A DNA stretch of 45,946 nucleotides from Actinomycetota bacterium (GCA_043805935.1 JAZDHM010000100.1:1-45946), one strand, 5' to 3'; counted from the stretch's first letter, positions 18,245 through 25,690 are shown. Numbers and translations are program-made. The notes: generated by a model not told the origin, from the sequence alone.

Positions 18245-20100
18245 TCACGTTCCTCAGGCTCCGGCCCGCCGAGGCAATCAGCGAGGTGTGGGCGGCCACA
18301 CACCGACGCGAGGGGACGACGGCCCTGGAGGTCGAGCGAGTCACCGCGGCCGACGTCGCCGGCGCCGTCGCCGGGGGAGTGCTCCCGGTCGGTTCCGGCG
18401 TTGGTGACGCCGAGCCGGCGGCTTGGGTGGGAGATCCGGCGGTGGTGCTCGGCCTGGCCGGGCGCGGCGTCCCCGGCTGGAGGCTGACCGTGGTCGACGC
18501 CGGTAGCGAGGAGGTGGTGCTCGACGCGATGGCGCGCTCGGGCGCGGCGCACGTGCGGACGGGGCGGAGCCGGGTGGCGGCGATGGCCGACCTCGTCTCG
18601 ATGCCCGGTCTGGAAACCACGGTGTCCGTGTTCGTCGACTCGATCGAGGACGCGGTCGTCGCGGTCCGGTCGGGCGCCGGCGACCTGATCCTGCGGGACT
18701 GGGACACCGAGAGCATCGGTCAGCTGCGCGGCGCCCTCGGCGACACCCTCGTCGAGCGCACCGCCCTTCCGGTGGGCGTGGAGATCGACCAGGCCAGGGA
18801 CGAACTGCCCGGGTCGATCTTCACGGCGTGGCTCAATCTCGTCGACGGCTCCGGCGCCGCGCGGCCGCGCTATTCCTGGGCGCCCGGCCGAGACGAGCGG
18901 GCTCCCGTGCCGGCGGGGCGGTTGTCTGCGGAGTGGCCCGATGCGGTCTGGGTCGTGGAACCGGCGCCTGCGGGCCTCGACCGCCTCGATCGGGCGCTGC
19001 GCGGGATCCTCGAGCGCTCCCTCGACGGGGGGCCGCCGACCCGGGACGAGGTCGAGCGACTGTTCCGGTCGCGGGGCGACGAGGTCGACGCCGTCGCCCG
19101 GGTCGCCGACGAGCTGCGGCGGCGGGCCAATGGCGAGACGGTGACCTACGTCGTCAACCGGAACATCAACTACACCAACCAGTGCTACTTCCGGTGCGGG
19201 TTCTGTGCGTTCTCGAAGGGCCCGCGAAGCCTCAACCTGCGCGGCGATCCTTACCTGCTCGAAGTGCACGAGGTGGTTTTCCGCACCAAGGAGGCATGGG
19301 AACGCGGTGCCACCGAGGTGTGCCTCCAGGGAGGGATCCACCCCGACTTCACCGGGGCCTTCTACGTGTCGGTGCTGGCGGCCATCAAGGAGGCCGTGCC
19401 GGGCATGCACGTCCACGGCTTTACGCCCCTCGAGGTGTGGCAGGGAGCGCAGACCCTGGGCACGACGGTGCCTGCCTTCCTCGCCACGCTCAAGGAGGCC
19501 GGGCTCGGCACGCTTCCCGGCACCGCGGCCGAGATCCTCGACGACGACGTCCGGCGCCATCTGTGCCCGGACAAGATCACGACCTCGCAGTGGGCGAGGG
19601 TGATGGTCACTGCCCACGAGATGGGGCTGCGTTCCACCTCCACGATGATGTTCGGCCACATCGACTCGCCGCGGTCATGGGCGAATCACCTCGAGGTGTT
19701 GCGCGTCATCCAACGCCGTACGGGCGGCTTCACCGAGTTCGTCCCGCTCCCCTTCGTCCACATGGGGGCGCCGATCTACCTCCGCGGCAAGGCACGTCCG
19801 GGCCCGACGTGGGACGAGGTGGTGCTCGTCCACGCCGTCGCCCGCATCGCCTTCGACGGGCTCATCCCCAACATCCAGGCGTCGTGGGTGAAGCTCGGCC
19901 TGGGGGGAGGGGCGGCGCTGTTGCGGGCCGGGTGCAACGACATGGGTGGCACACTCATGGACGAGAACATCTCACGCGCCGCCGGTGCCTCCCACGGCCA
20001 GGGTGTGACGCCCGAGGAGATGGAGGCCGCCATCCGTGCCGCCGGCCGGATCCCGATGCGTCGGACCACCCTTTACCAGACGCTGCAGCGCGCCGACTGA
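18241..20100 (+). CDS. cofH: FO synthase subunit 2 (CofH) with an unassigned N-terminal extension of about 250 aa
   Basis: The ATG overlaps the cofG stop (ATGA). In this 619-aa product the radical-SAM motif CYFRCGFCAF lies at about residue 320. The C-terminal ~370 aa (VTYVVNRNINYTNQC...GGTLMDENISRAAGASHG) are typical of CofH. Confidence 0.88.
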   Translation: MITFLRLRPAEAISEVWAATHRREGTTALEVERVTAADVAGAVAGGVLPVGSGVGDAEPAAWVGDPAVVLGLAGRGVPGWRLTVVDAGSEEVVLDAMARSGAAHVRTGRSRVAAMADLVSMPGLETTVSVFVDSIEDAVVAVRSGAGDLILRDWDTESIGQLRGALGDTLVERTALPVGVEIDQARDELPGSIFTAWLNLVDGSGAARPRYSWAPGRDERAPVPAGRLSAEWPDAVWVVEPAPAGLDRLDRALRGILERSLDGGPPTRDEVERLFRSRGDEVDAVARVADELRRRANGETVTYVVNRNINYTNQCYFRCGFCAFSKGPRSLNLRGDPYLLEVHEVVFRTKEAWERGATEVCLQGGIHPDFTGAFYVSVLAAIKEAVPGMHVHGFTPLEVWQGAQTLGTTVPAFLATLKEAGLGTLPGTAAEILDDDVRRHLCPDKITTSQWARVMVTAHEMGLRSTSTMMFGHIDSPRSWANHLEVLRVIQRRTGGFTEFVPLPFVHMGAPIYLRGKARPGPTWDEVVLVHAVARIAFDGLIPNIQASWVKLGLGGGAALLRAGCNDMGGTLMDENISRAAGASHGQGVTPEEMEAAIRAAGRIPMRRTTLYQTLQRAD

Positions 20101-20118
20101 GCGGGCCCAGGGAGCCCC

Positions 20119-21474
20119 CTATGCCGGAGCCAGGATCGGGTCGACCGTCCCACCGAGATCGAGCACCCGGTGGCGAACGGTCACGGTCACCTCGCCGAGC
20201 GCGCCAAACCCCGGTCCGGTGAGGGACTCGAGGCCTGCGGCGTCGCCGCGGACGATGATGCTCAGCTCGAGCACCCAGGGCACGCCGTCGGCGAGCCAGA
20301 AGCTGAACGCGTCGACGGTGGCGCCATCGAGGGGAACACCGAGTGCCCGTTCGAGGCCGGTGAGGTCCGACTGGTATCCGAAGGCTTCGATGCCGCCGAC
20401 CTGATGCGACGGCGGCCGCTCACCCGTGAGGCCGGTGAGCCCCGAGTCCCGCCCGTCTATCGGCCACGCCGAACAGAAGGCGAGCAGGGACCGCTCGGCG
20501 ACGTTGCCCCCGACCAGGTGGGTGCTGCCGGAGCCCGATCCGGACCAGAGGATGCCGTCGACCAGGACGAGGTCGGTGTCGACCTCCCCGGCGGGGGTCA
20601 TTCGGTGAAGCGAACAGGCCAGGTCGCCGGCGGCCACCGATCCGGCCGCCTCGATCGAATAGCGGGTGTCTCCGGCGTCGATGGAGATGGTCGTCTCGAA
20701 CCGGTGATCGGGGATGTCGGGCCGGGGGGCCGCCGGGGAGCCGGTCGTGAGGGTCGTGATGACCCGATCGGACACCTCGTCGGCTAGGTACTGGAGCGCC
20801 ACCCTGGTGTCGGCCTCGTCGTCGCGGGCGTAGGAGGCCCAGACGACTATCCGCCCGAGACGGAAGACCACCGCGGTCTCCCGGCTGTCCGGGTCGGTCA
20901 GGTCGAGGCCGATGGCCTCCTCGCCGGCCTCCATGGGGAACTCCGCCACGCCCAGCGCGGTGGCGTCCGGGGCGTGGGTGCCGCCGGCCCCCTTGAACAC
21001 GTCGCCGGCGTAGTCGAGCAGGTAGCCGTGGGCGGCATCGGCGTCCGAGAGGACGTCGATCCACACGTAGGCGACGGAGTCGTCGCCCGGGTACGACCCG
21101 GCCGCCCCGGTGACCCGCCCGAACCGGACGATGTCCGATGCCTCGTCGTTGGGATCGAGGGTCGCGCGGGTGAGCAGGTCGGCGTTGCTCATCGGTTCGG
21201 TCGCCGCGTCGGCCGAGGCGGCCATCCCGCCGCCACCGGTGGGGAGCATTGCCATGAGGTCGTCGACGGTGATGGGGCGGGTGGTCACGTCGGGAAGGAC
21301 CAGAGAAACCGTCTCGGTGACGGTCGTCGTGGTCGTGGTCGCGGCGGGGTCCCCTCCGGCGGCGGCGTCGCCCGGGGACATGCCCGGTTCGGAGGCGCAG
21401 GCGGCGAGCAGTACCGCCGACGCAACCCATATGCCGACGCGGACGCCGGCCCGCCGTCCCGATCCCGACTCCAT
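20119..21474 (-). CDS. Hypothetical secreted lipoprotein
   Basis: 451 aa. It has a signal peptide with a lipobox (AVLLAAC), a poly-Thr linker (ATTTTTTVTETV) and then a two-part globular region. No family recognised. Confidence 0.7.
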   Translation of the reverse strand: MESGSGRRAGVRVGIWVASAVLLAACASEPGMSPGDAAAGGDPAATTTTTTVTETVSLVLPDVTTRPITVDDLMAMLPTGGGGMAASADAATEPMSNADLLTRATLDPNDEASDIVRFGRVTGAAGSYPGDDSVAYVWIDVLSDADAAHGYLLDYAGDVFKGAGGTHAPDATALGVAEFPMEAGEEAIGLDLTDPDSRETAVVFRLGRIVVWASYARDDEADTRVALQYLADEVSDRVITTLTTGSPAAPRPDIPDHRFETTISIDAGDTRYSIEAAGSVAAGDLACSLHRMTPAGEVDTDLVLVDGILWSGSGSGSTHLVGGNVAERSLLAFCSAWPIDGRDSGLTGLTGERPPSHQVGGIEAFGYQSDLTGLERALGVPLDGATVDAFSFWLADGVPWVLELSIIVRGDAAGLESLTGPGFGALGEVTVTVRHRVLDLGGTVDPILAPA

Positions 21475-21540
21475 GCAGAGAGTGTCGGAAGGAGTTCCCG
21501 GGCCCTTGAGGGCCGGCCCGTCCGGGGTGGTCGTCCGGCC

Positions 21541-22581
21541 TCAGCCCTGGCGGTGCACCGAACCCTTCGGCGCCCAGCCCTCCGGCCCCTCTCCGGTGGA
21601 GACGTGGGCCCAGCCACCGACCTCGCGCTTGCAGAGGTACCAGGAACCGGGGCGGAGCCGGACGACGACTTTGGTGTGATCGGTGAGGTCGAAGACGTCG
21701 ACCTCGGCGAGGACGTAGCACCAATACGGCCCGGCGACCGGAGCCGGTGTCTCCGGCTGGATCGCCTGGCGCCGGGGGTACATCGGCTCCGGCTCGGCCA
21801 TTCCGCCCGGCGCCCCGACCCGCACCGGCCGCGGACCCATCACCGCGCGCTCGCTTACCGCGGGCTCGATCACCGCCTCCAGGCCGGAGGGCTCGACCGC
21901 TCGCGGGGCAACGCGGGGACCCATCAGCCCGCCGAGGAGGAACCCGATGCCGGCGGCGCCTGCCGCCGAGACTGTCAGCGACGGGTAGGACAGCTGCAGG
22001 CGTCCGAACTCCTGGCCGAGGACCGCCCCGCCGATGCCGGTGAAGAGCCCGGCGCCGGCGGCGGCGAACCGCGACCAGCGACGGCGAGAGGCCACAGCCC
22101 CGAGCAGGCCGGTGAGGCCTCCGAGGGTCAGCCCGGCGGCAGTCAAACCGCTGAGCGTGGCGAACGGGGAGCGCCCGGAGATCCGCAGCCACGCCTCGGC
22201 CACGCATCCGTCGGTGGTGCCACGAACCCGGAACAACCCCACGCCGTAGGGGCTCACCTCATCCAGATCGATCGTCGCCGAGAAGTCGGTGGACGGGGGG
22301 CGGTAGGTGGTCGATCCGCTGTCCACCGGCACCGGGCCGATGATCAGCTCGACCTTGGCCATCTCCGTCGGCGTCGGTCCGGTGCCGGAGAAGACCAGGG
22401 TGTCGGACGCCGAGAGCTCGATTGGACTTCCGAGGGAGTCGATTCGCTCCAGCTCCACTCCGTTGAGGGTCACGGTACATCCGCCTTCGACGGCGGCCAT
22501 GGCGCGTGGCGTTCCCAAGAGCAGCGGCACGGCGACGGCGATCCCCATGAGAAGCGCGAATCGGGCGGCCGTCGAGCGCAT
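21541..22581 (-). CDS. Hypothetical membrane protein: signal peptide, small extracytoplasmic domain, three Gly-rich TM helices, C-terminal SH3-like domain
   Basis: The internal ATG at 22581 gives MRSTAARFALLMGIAVAVPLLLGTPRAMA. TM segments include LTAAGLTLGGLTGLLGAV, AGAGLFTGIGGAVLG and AAGAAGIGFLLGGLMG. The C terminus is PGSWYLCKREVGGWAHVSTGEGPEGWAPKGSV. The track ORF continues to 23370 only as antisense of trmD. Confidence 0.65.
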   Translation of the reverse strand: MRSTAARFALLMGIAVAVPLLLGTPRAMAAVEGGCTVTLNGVELERIDSLGSPIELSASDTLVFSGTGPTPTEMAKVELIIGPVPVDSGSTTYRPPSTDFSATIDLDEVSPYGVGLFRVRGTTDGCVAEAWLRISGRSPFATLSGLTAAGLTLGGLTGLLGAVASRRRWSRFAAAGAGLFTGIGGAVLGQEFGRLQLSYPSLTVSAAGAAGIGFLLGGLMGPRVAPRAVEPSGLEAVIEPAVSERAVMGPRPVRVGAPGGMAEPEPMYPRRQAIQPETPAPVAGPYWCYVLAEVDVFDLTDHTKVVVRLRPGSWYLCKREVGGWAHVSTGEGPEGWAPKGSVHRQG

Positions 22582-22623
22582 GGGGCGACGATACCAACGG
22601 GAGGAGAGCGATACGCTCACCCC

Positions 22624-23313
22624 ATGCGCATCACCGTGGTGACCCTCTTCCCCGAGTTCTTCGACGGAGCGCTCGGGGTGAGCATCGTCGGGAGGGCGAT
22701 CGGACAGGGATCGCTCCGGGTCGAGCTGGTCGACCTGCGCGCGCACGGCCTTGGCAAGCACCGCCAGGTCGACGACGCCCCATTCGGTGGTGGGCCGGGC
22801 ATGGTGATGATGGTCGAGCCGCTGGCGGCGGCTCTCGACGGGCTCGTCGGCAGCCATGGCGTGCTTCTCACGCCGGTGGGATCCCCGCTGCGCCAGGAGG
22901 TGTTGGATCGCTGGTCGCGTCTGAACTGGCTGACACTCGTATGTGGGAGATTCGAGGGAGTGGACGAGCGCGTCGCCGACCATCTGGTCGACGAGCAGGC
23001 ATCGATGGGCGACTTCGTGCTTGCCGGCGGTGAAGCCGCTGCTCTGGCGGTGATCGAGGGGGTCGCCCGGCTGATCCCGGGCGTCGTCGGCAATCCGGGC
23101 TCTACCGAGGCGGAGAGTTTCCGGGATGGCTTGCTGGAGGAACCGCAGTACACGCGGCCCGCTGAGTTCCGAGGATGGGCCGTGCCCGAGGTGCTCCTCT
23201 CTGGCGACCACGGGAAGGTCGAGCAATGGCGCCGTGCTCAGCGCCTGAGCCGGACTCGGCAGCGGCGGCCCGACCTTCTGGGCGATTTCCCGGAGGGCAC
23301 CGGGGCCATGTAG
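22624..23313 (+). CDS. trmD: tRNA (guanine37-N1)-methyltransferase TrmD
   Basis: The internal ATG at 22624 gives [15 protein letters not shown]. Motifs include [27 protein letters not shown] and [11 protein letters not shown]. Confidence 0.95.
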   Translation: MRITVVTLFPEFFDGALGVSIVGRAIGQGSLRVELVDLRAHGLGKHRQVDDAPFGGGPGMVMMVEPLAAALDGLVGSHGVLLTPVGSPLRQEVLDRWSRLNWLTLVCGRFEGVDERVADHLVDEQASMGDFVLAGGEAAALAVIEGVARLIPGVVGNPGSTEAESFRDGLLEEPQYTRPAEFRGWAVPEVLLSGDHGKVEQWRRAQRLSRTRQRRPDLLGDFPEGTGAM

Positions 23314-23325
23314 AATCCAGCCCCG

Positions 23326-23352
23326 CCGGACGCCCGTCCGCGCCGCGTCCGG
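23326..23352 (+). promoter_or_regulatory. Hairpin abutting the rplS Shine-Dalgarno sequence
   Basis: CCGGACGC (23326-23333) pairs with GCGTCCGG (23345-23352) around an 11-nt loop. The 3' arm overlaps the first two G of GGAGGA (23351-23356). Confidence 0.3.
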
Positions 23353-23362
23353 AGGACAGCCG

Positions 23363-23713
23363 ATGAACAAGCTCGATCATGTCGAGGGCGCCTTCAAGCG
23401 CGGCGACATCCCCGATTTCGGTCCGGGTGACACCGTGAAGGTGAACGTGCGCGTGGTGGAGGGCGGCCGGGAGCGCATCCAGACGTTCGAGGGCAATGTG
23501 ATCGCCCGCGACGGGGGCGGCCTCAGCGAGACCTTCGTCGTTCGCAAGATCTCTTTCGGCGTCGGCGTCGAGCGAATCTTCCCGCTGCACGCACCGATCA
23601 TCCAGTCGATCGAGGTGGTCCGCAAGGCTTCGGTGCGTCGCGCCAAGCTGTACTACCTCCGTGAGCGCGTCGGCTCCAAGGCCATCTGGATCAGGGAGAA
23701 GCGCGACCGTTAG
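23363..23713 (+). CDS. rplS: 50S ribosomal protein L19
   Basis: 116 aa containing [26 protein letters not shown]...[24 protein letters not shown] lies 6 nt upstream of the ATG. Confidence 0.97.
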   Translation: MNKLDHVEGAFKRGDIPDFGPGDTVKVNVRVVEGGRERIQTFEGNVIARDGGGLSETFVVRKISFGVGVERIFPLHAPIIQSIEVVRKASVRRAKLYYLRERVGSKAIWIREKRDR

Positions 23714-23819
23714 CCCGTCGCCCGCAGATCCCGTCCTCCCCCCTCCCCGCCATGCGCTCCTCCCGCTCGCCTCACCGATTCCGCCTCCTGCGACGCCCGG
23801 CTCGTTATCGTCTCCCCTC

Positions 23820-24539
23820 GTGACCTCCGGCCCCTTCGACGACGATCTCAACGCGCCCGGCCTCCGGCCCGCCGAGGGTGTGCCATCCGACCCCTTTGAC
23901 CCGACCGGCATCGAGCGCCTCCGCGAGGAAGCCCAGGACCGAGGCGAGAAGGCCGACGCCGTCAGGTCATTCTGGAAGGAGCTGCCCTTCCTCATCATCG
24001 TCGCCCTCGTGGTGGCGGTGGTCATCAAGACGTTCCTGGTCCAGGCCTTCTTCATTCCCTCCGCTTCGATGCACGACACGCTCGTCGAGGGGGATCGGGT
24101 GATGGTCAACAAACTCGCCTATCGGTTCGGGGAACCCCACCGCGGCGACATCATCGTGTTCGATTCACCGCTGGTGACGCACGACCAGTCCGAGTCGTTC
24201 CTCGGCAGGGTGGTCCGCAACGTCGGGGAGGCGCTCGGGCTCTCCACCCCCGAGTCGGCGCTCATCAAGAGGGTGATCGCCCTCGGTGGCGAGACGATCG
24301 AGATCAGAGGGAACCGGATCTACATCGATGGCGTGGCGCTCGATGAGCCTTACCTCACCCGTCCGGTCGACATGGATCCGTTCGGCCCACTCACCATTCC
24401 CGAAGGCTTCGTCTTCGTGATGGGCGACAACCGCAACCAGAGCGAGGACGGGCGGGTGTTCGGCCCGATCCCGGAGTCGGACATCATCGGCAGGGCCTTC
24501 GTCCGCGTGTGGCCGCCGAGCCGCTGGGGAGGCTTGTGA
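23820..24539 (+). CDS. lepB: Signal peptidase I
   Basis: There is a TM helix (LPFLIIVALVVAVVI), the catalytic Ser box IPSASMHDTL, and GDNRNQSEDGR. The GTG at 23820 is the first in-frame start after the rplS-overlapping one at 23661. The GTG at 23880 is an alternative. Confidence 0.88.
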   Translation: MTSGPFDDDLNAPGLRPAEGVPSDPFDPTGIERLREEAQDRGEKADAVRSFWKELPFLIIVALVVAVVIKTFLVQAFFIPSASMHDTLVEGDRVMVNKLAYRFGEPHRGDIIVFDSPLVTHDQSESFLGRVVRNVGEALGLSTPESALIKRVIALGGETIEIRGNRIYIDGVALDEPYLTRPVDMDPFGPLTIPEGFVFVMGDNRNQSEDGRVFGPIPESDIIGRAFVRVWPPSRWGGL

Positions 24540-24694
24540 CGGGCGACCGGCCCATCCTCGTGAGCTCCCACTCCGATCGATTCGTGTCCCTGGGTCGTGG
24601 TATCTCCACGCGATGTCCCTCGCGTGTCCGCCACCGCCATGGGTAACATCTGCGGTCTCACCCGGTCTGACAACCGCGGCGTCAGGAGAAGACG

Positions 24695-25012
24695 ATGAGC
24701 GAAGAGGATCTCGAGCGGTACGAGTCGGACGTGGAGCTCCAGATCTACCGGGAGTACCGCGACGTGCTCTCGATGTTCCGGTACGTCATCGAGACCGAGC
24801 GTCGCTTCTACCTGGCGAACCGGGTCGACCTGAACACCCGCGACGCCAACGGCTCGGTGTTCTTCGAGATCTTGCTCGAAGACGCCTGGGTCTGGGACAT
24901 GTACCGGCCGGCGCGGTTCCTCAAGAAGGTCCGGGTGCTCACCTTCCGCGACGTCAACGTGGAAGAACTCGAGCATCCCGAGTTCAAGCCGCCCGAGCCC
25001 GGCGAGATCTAG
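24695..25012 (+). CDS. DUF2469 protein (Rv2901c-like, actinobacterial signature protein)
   Basis: 105 aa. MSEEDLERYESDVELQIYREY...ETERRFYLAN...DAWVWDMYRPARF...TFRDVNVEE matches my memory of Rv2901c almost motif for motif. AGGAGAAG lies 5 nt upstream of the ATG. Confidence 0.9.
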   Translation: MSEEDLERYESDVELQIYREYRDVLSMFRYVIETERRFYLANRVDLNTRDANGSVFFEILLEDAWVWDMYRPARFLKKVRVLTFRDVNVEELEHPEFKPPEPGEI

Positions 25013-25317
25013 GCAGGCTTGGCGAGGCGGCTGCGCTCGGCTTCCTGTGCCGGCGCGGCGCCCGGCTGCTGGCGCGCAACCTGCGTTCGGGGTCGGGGGA
25101 GATCGACCTCCTCGTGCGCGTCGACGGGCTGGTGGCCGCCGTCGAGGTGAAGACCAGGATCGGTGACGATCCGGCGGCCCAGATCACGGTCGGCAAGGAG
25201 CAACGGATGCGCCGCGCCGCCGATGCGCTGCGCCCGCGGCCCGATCGGATCGATCTGGTGACGGTGCGTTTCGGTGCGGGCGGCGCCACCGTACGGTGGA
25301 TTCGCGGCGTTCTCTAA
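25012..25317 (+). CDS. yraN: YraN / UPF0102 family endonuclease-like protein (start codon unresolved)
   Basis: LGRLGEAAALGFLCRRGARLLARNLRSGSGEIDLLVRVDGLVAAVEVKTR matches the YraN consensus (LG..GE..A..YL...G..IL.RN.R...GEIDLI...VEVK.R). No ATG, GTG or TTG occurs in this frame between 24613 and 25114. The listed 5' coordinate is therefore where homology begins, not a start codon. Confidence 0.6.
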   Translation, partial: GRLGEAAALGFLCRRGARLLARNLRSGSGEIDLLVRVDGLVAAVEVKTRIGDDPAAQITVGKEQRMRRAADALRPRPDRIDLVTVRFGAGGATVRWIRGVL

Positions 25318-25550
25318 CGGCCGTGGCGGCGGCGTTGTTCGAGGAACCAGCATGCCCGGTGCCAGTGGCGCCGCAGATCGGGATGGTCGTCCGGCACGAC
25401 CACGAAGTGCCCGTCGCCCGGCTCGATGAACCCCTGGCAGCCGGGGCACGAGTATCGCTTGCGAGCGGCGTAGGGCTGGACGGGCACCACCGACTCGGCG
25501 TCGGACGCCCGCCCGGTTGCGGGCGTCACCTCCCGGCGAGCATCGCCCAC
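25314..25550 (-). CDS. Small Cys/His-rich hypothetical protein (zinc-ribbon-like)
   Basis: 78 aa from a GTG start, with shorter GTG starts possible at 25490 and 25487. It contains YSCPGCQGFIEPGDGHFVVVP...RRHWHRACW (C-x2-C ... H-x-H-x2-C). Its stop overlaps the yraN stop convergently. Confidence 0.5.
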   Translation of the reverse strand: MGDARREVTPATGRASDAESVVPVQPYAARKRYSCPGCQGFIEPGDGHFVVVPDDHPDLRRHWHRACWFLEQRRRHGR

Positions 25551-25690
25551 AGGACGAGCCCGAGGGCGGCGACCAGGGTCAGGACGACCGCCAGCACGTC
25601 GCCGGGGCGCGTGCGGTGACGCCGGAACGGATTGAAGCCCACGACGGCATGGTAGGGATCGGTCTCCCGCCGGCCGGTAGTGTGCGCGCG

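Noticed and set aside
20101-20118. A short GGGC...GCCC palindrome between the convergent cofH and lipoprotein genes, as a bidirectional terminator.
   Set aside because: The stem is only 4 bp in an 18-nt gap. This is too weak to call.
20420-22207. A 595-aa minus-strand ORF, and the upstream 1650 nt of the plus-strand ORF 20974..23313.
   Set aside because: Both are Arg/Gly/Pro junk overlapping the lipoprotein and SH3-protein genes. Only the last 229 codons of 20974..23313, from the ATG at 22624, are TrmD.
12912-22623. The rimM-trmD insert as a recent genomic island or defence island.
   Set aside because: It contains no integrase, transposase, tRNA, flanking direct repeats, toxin-antitoxin genes or known defence genes. 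By eye, its base composition and codon style match the flanks. It is retained only as a synteny break (see findings).
22582-23370. An upstream extension of the minus-strand ORF 21541..23370 (609 aa).
   Set aside because: The extension is antisense to trmD and has no protein-like features. The signal-peptide-bearing start at 22581 gives a coherent protein.
24950-25012. Programmed -1 frameshift fusing DUF2469 to YraN.
   Set aside because: No X-XXY-YYZ slippery heptamer and no obvious downstream stimulatory structure were seen in the last ~60 nt. It is mentioned only as the least likely explanation.
24613-25317. Treating the full 234-aa ORF from the ATG at 24613 as the real YraN gene.
   Set aside because: It would overlap the whole strongly conserved DUF2469 gene in another frame, and its first ~130 aa are Arg/Pro/Gly junk. 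It is kept only as an anomaly (see findings).
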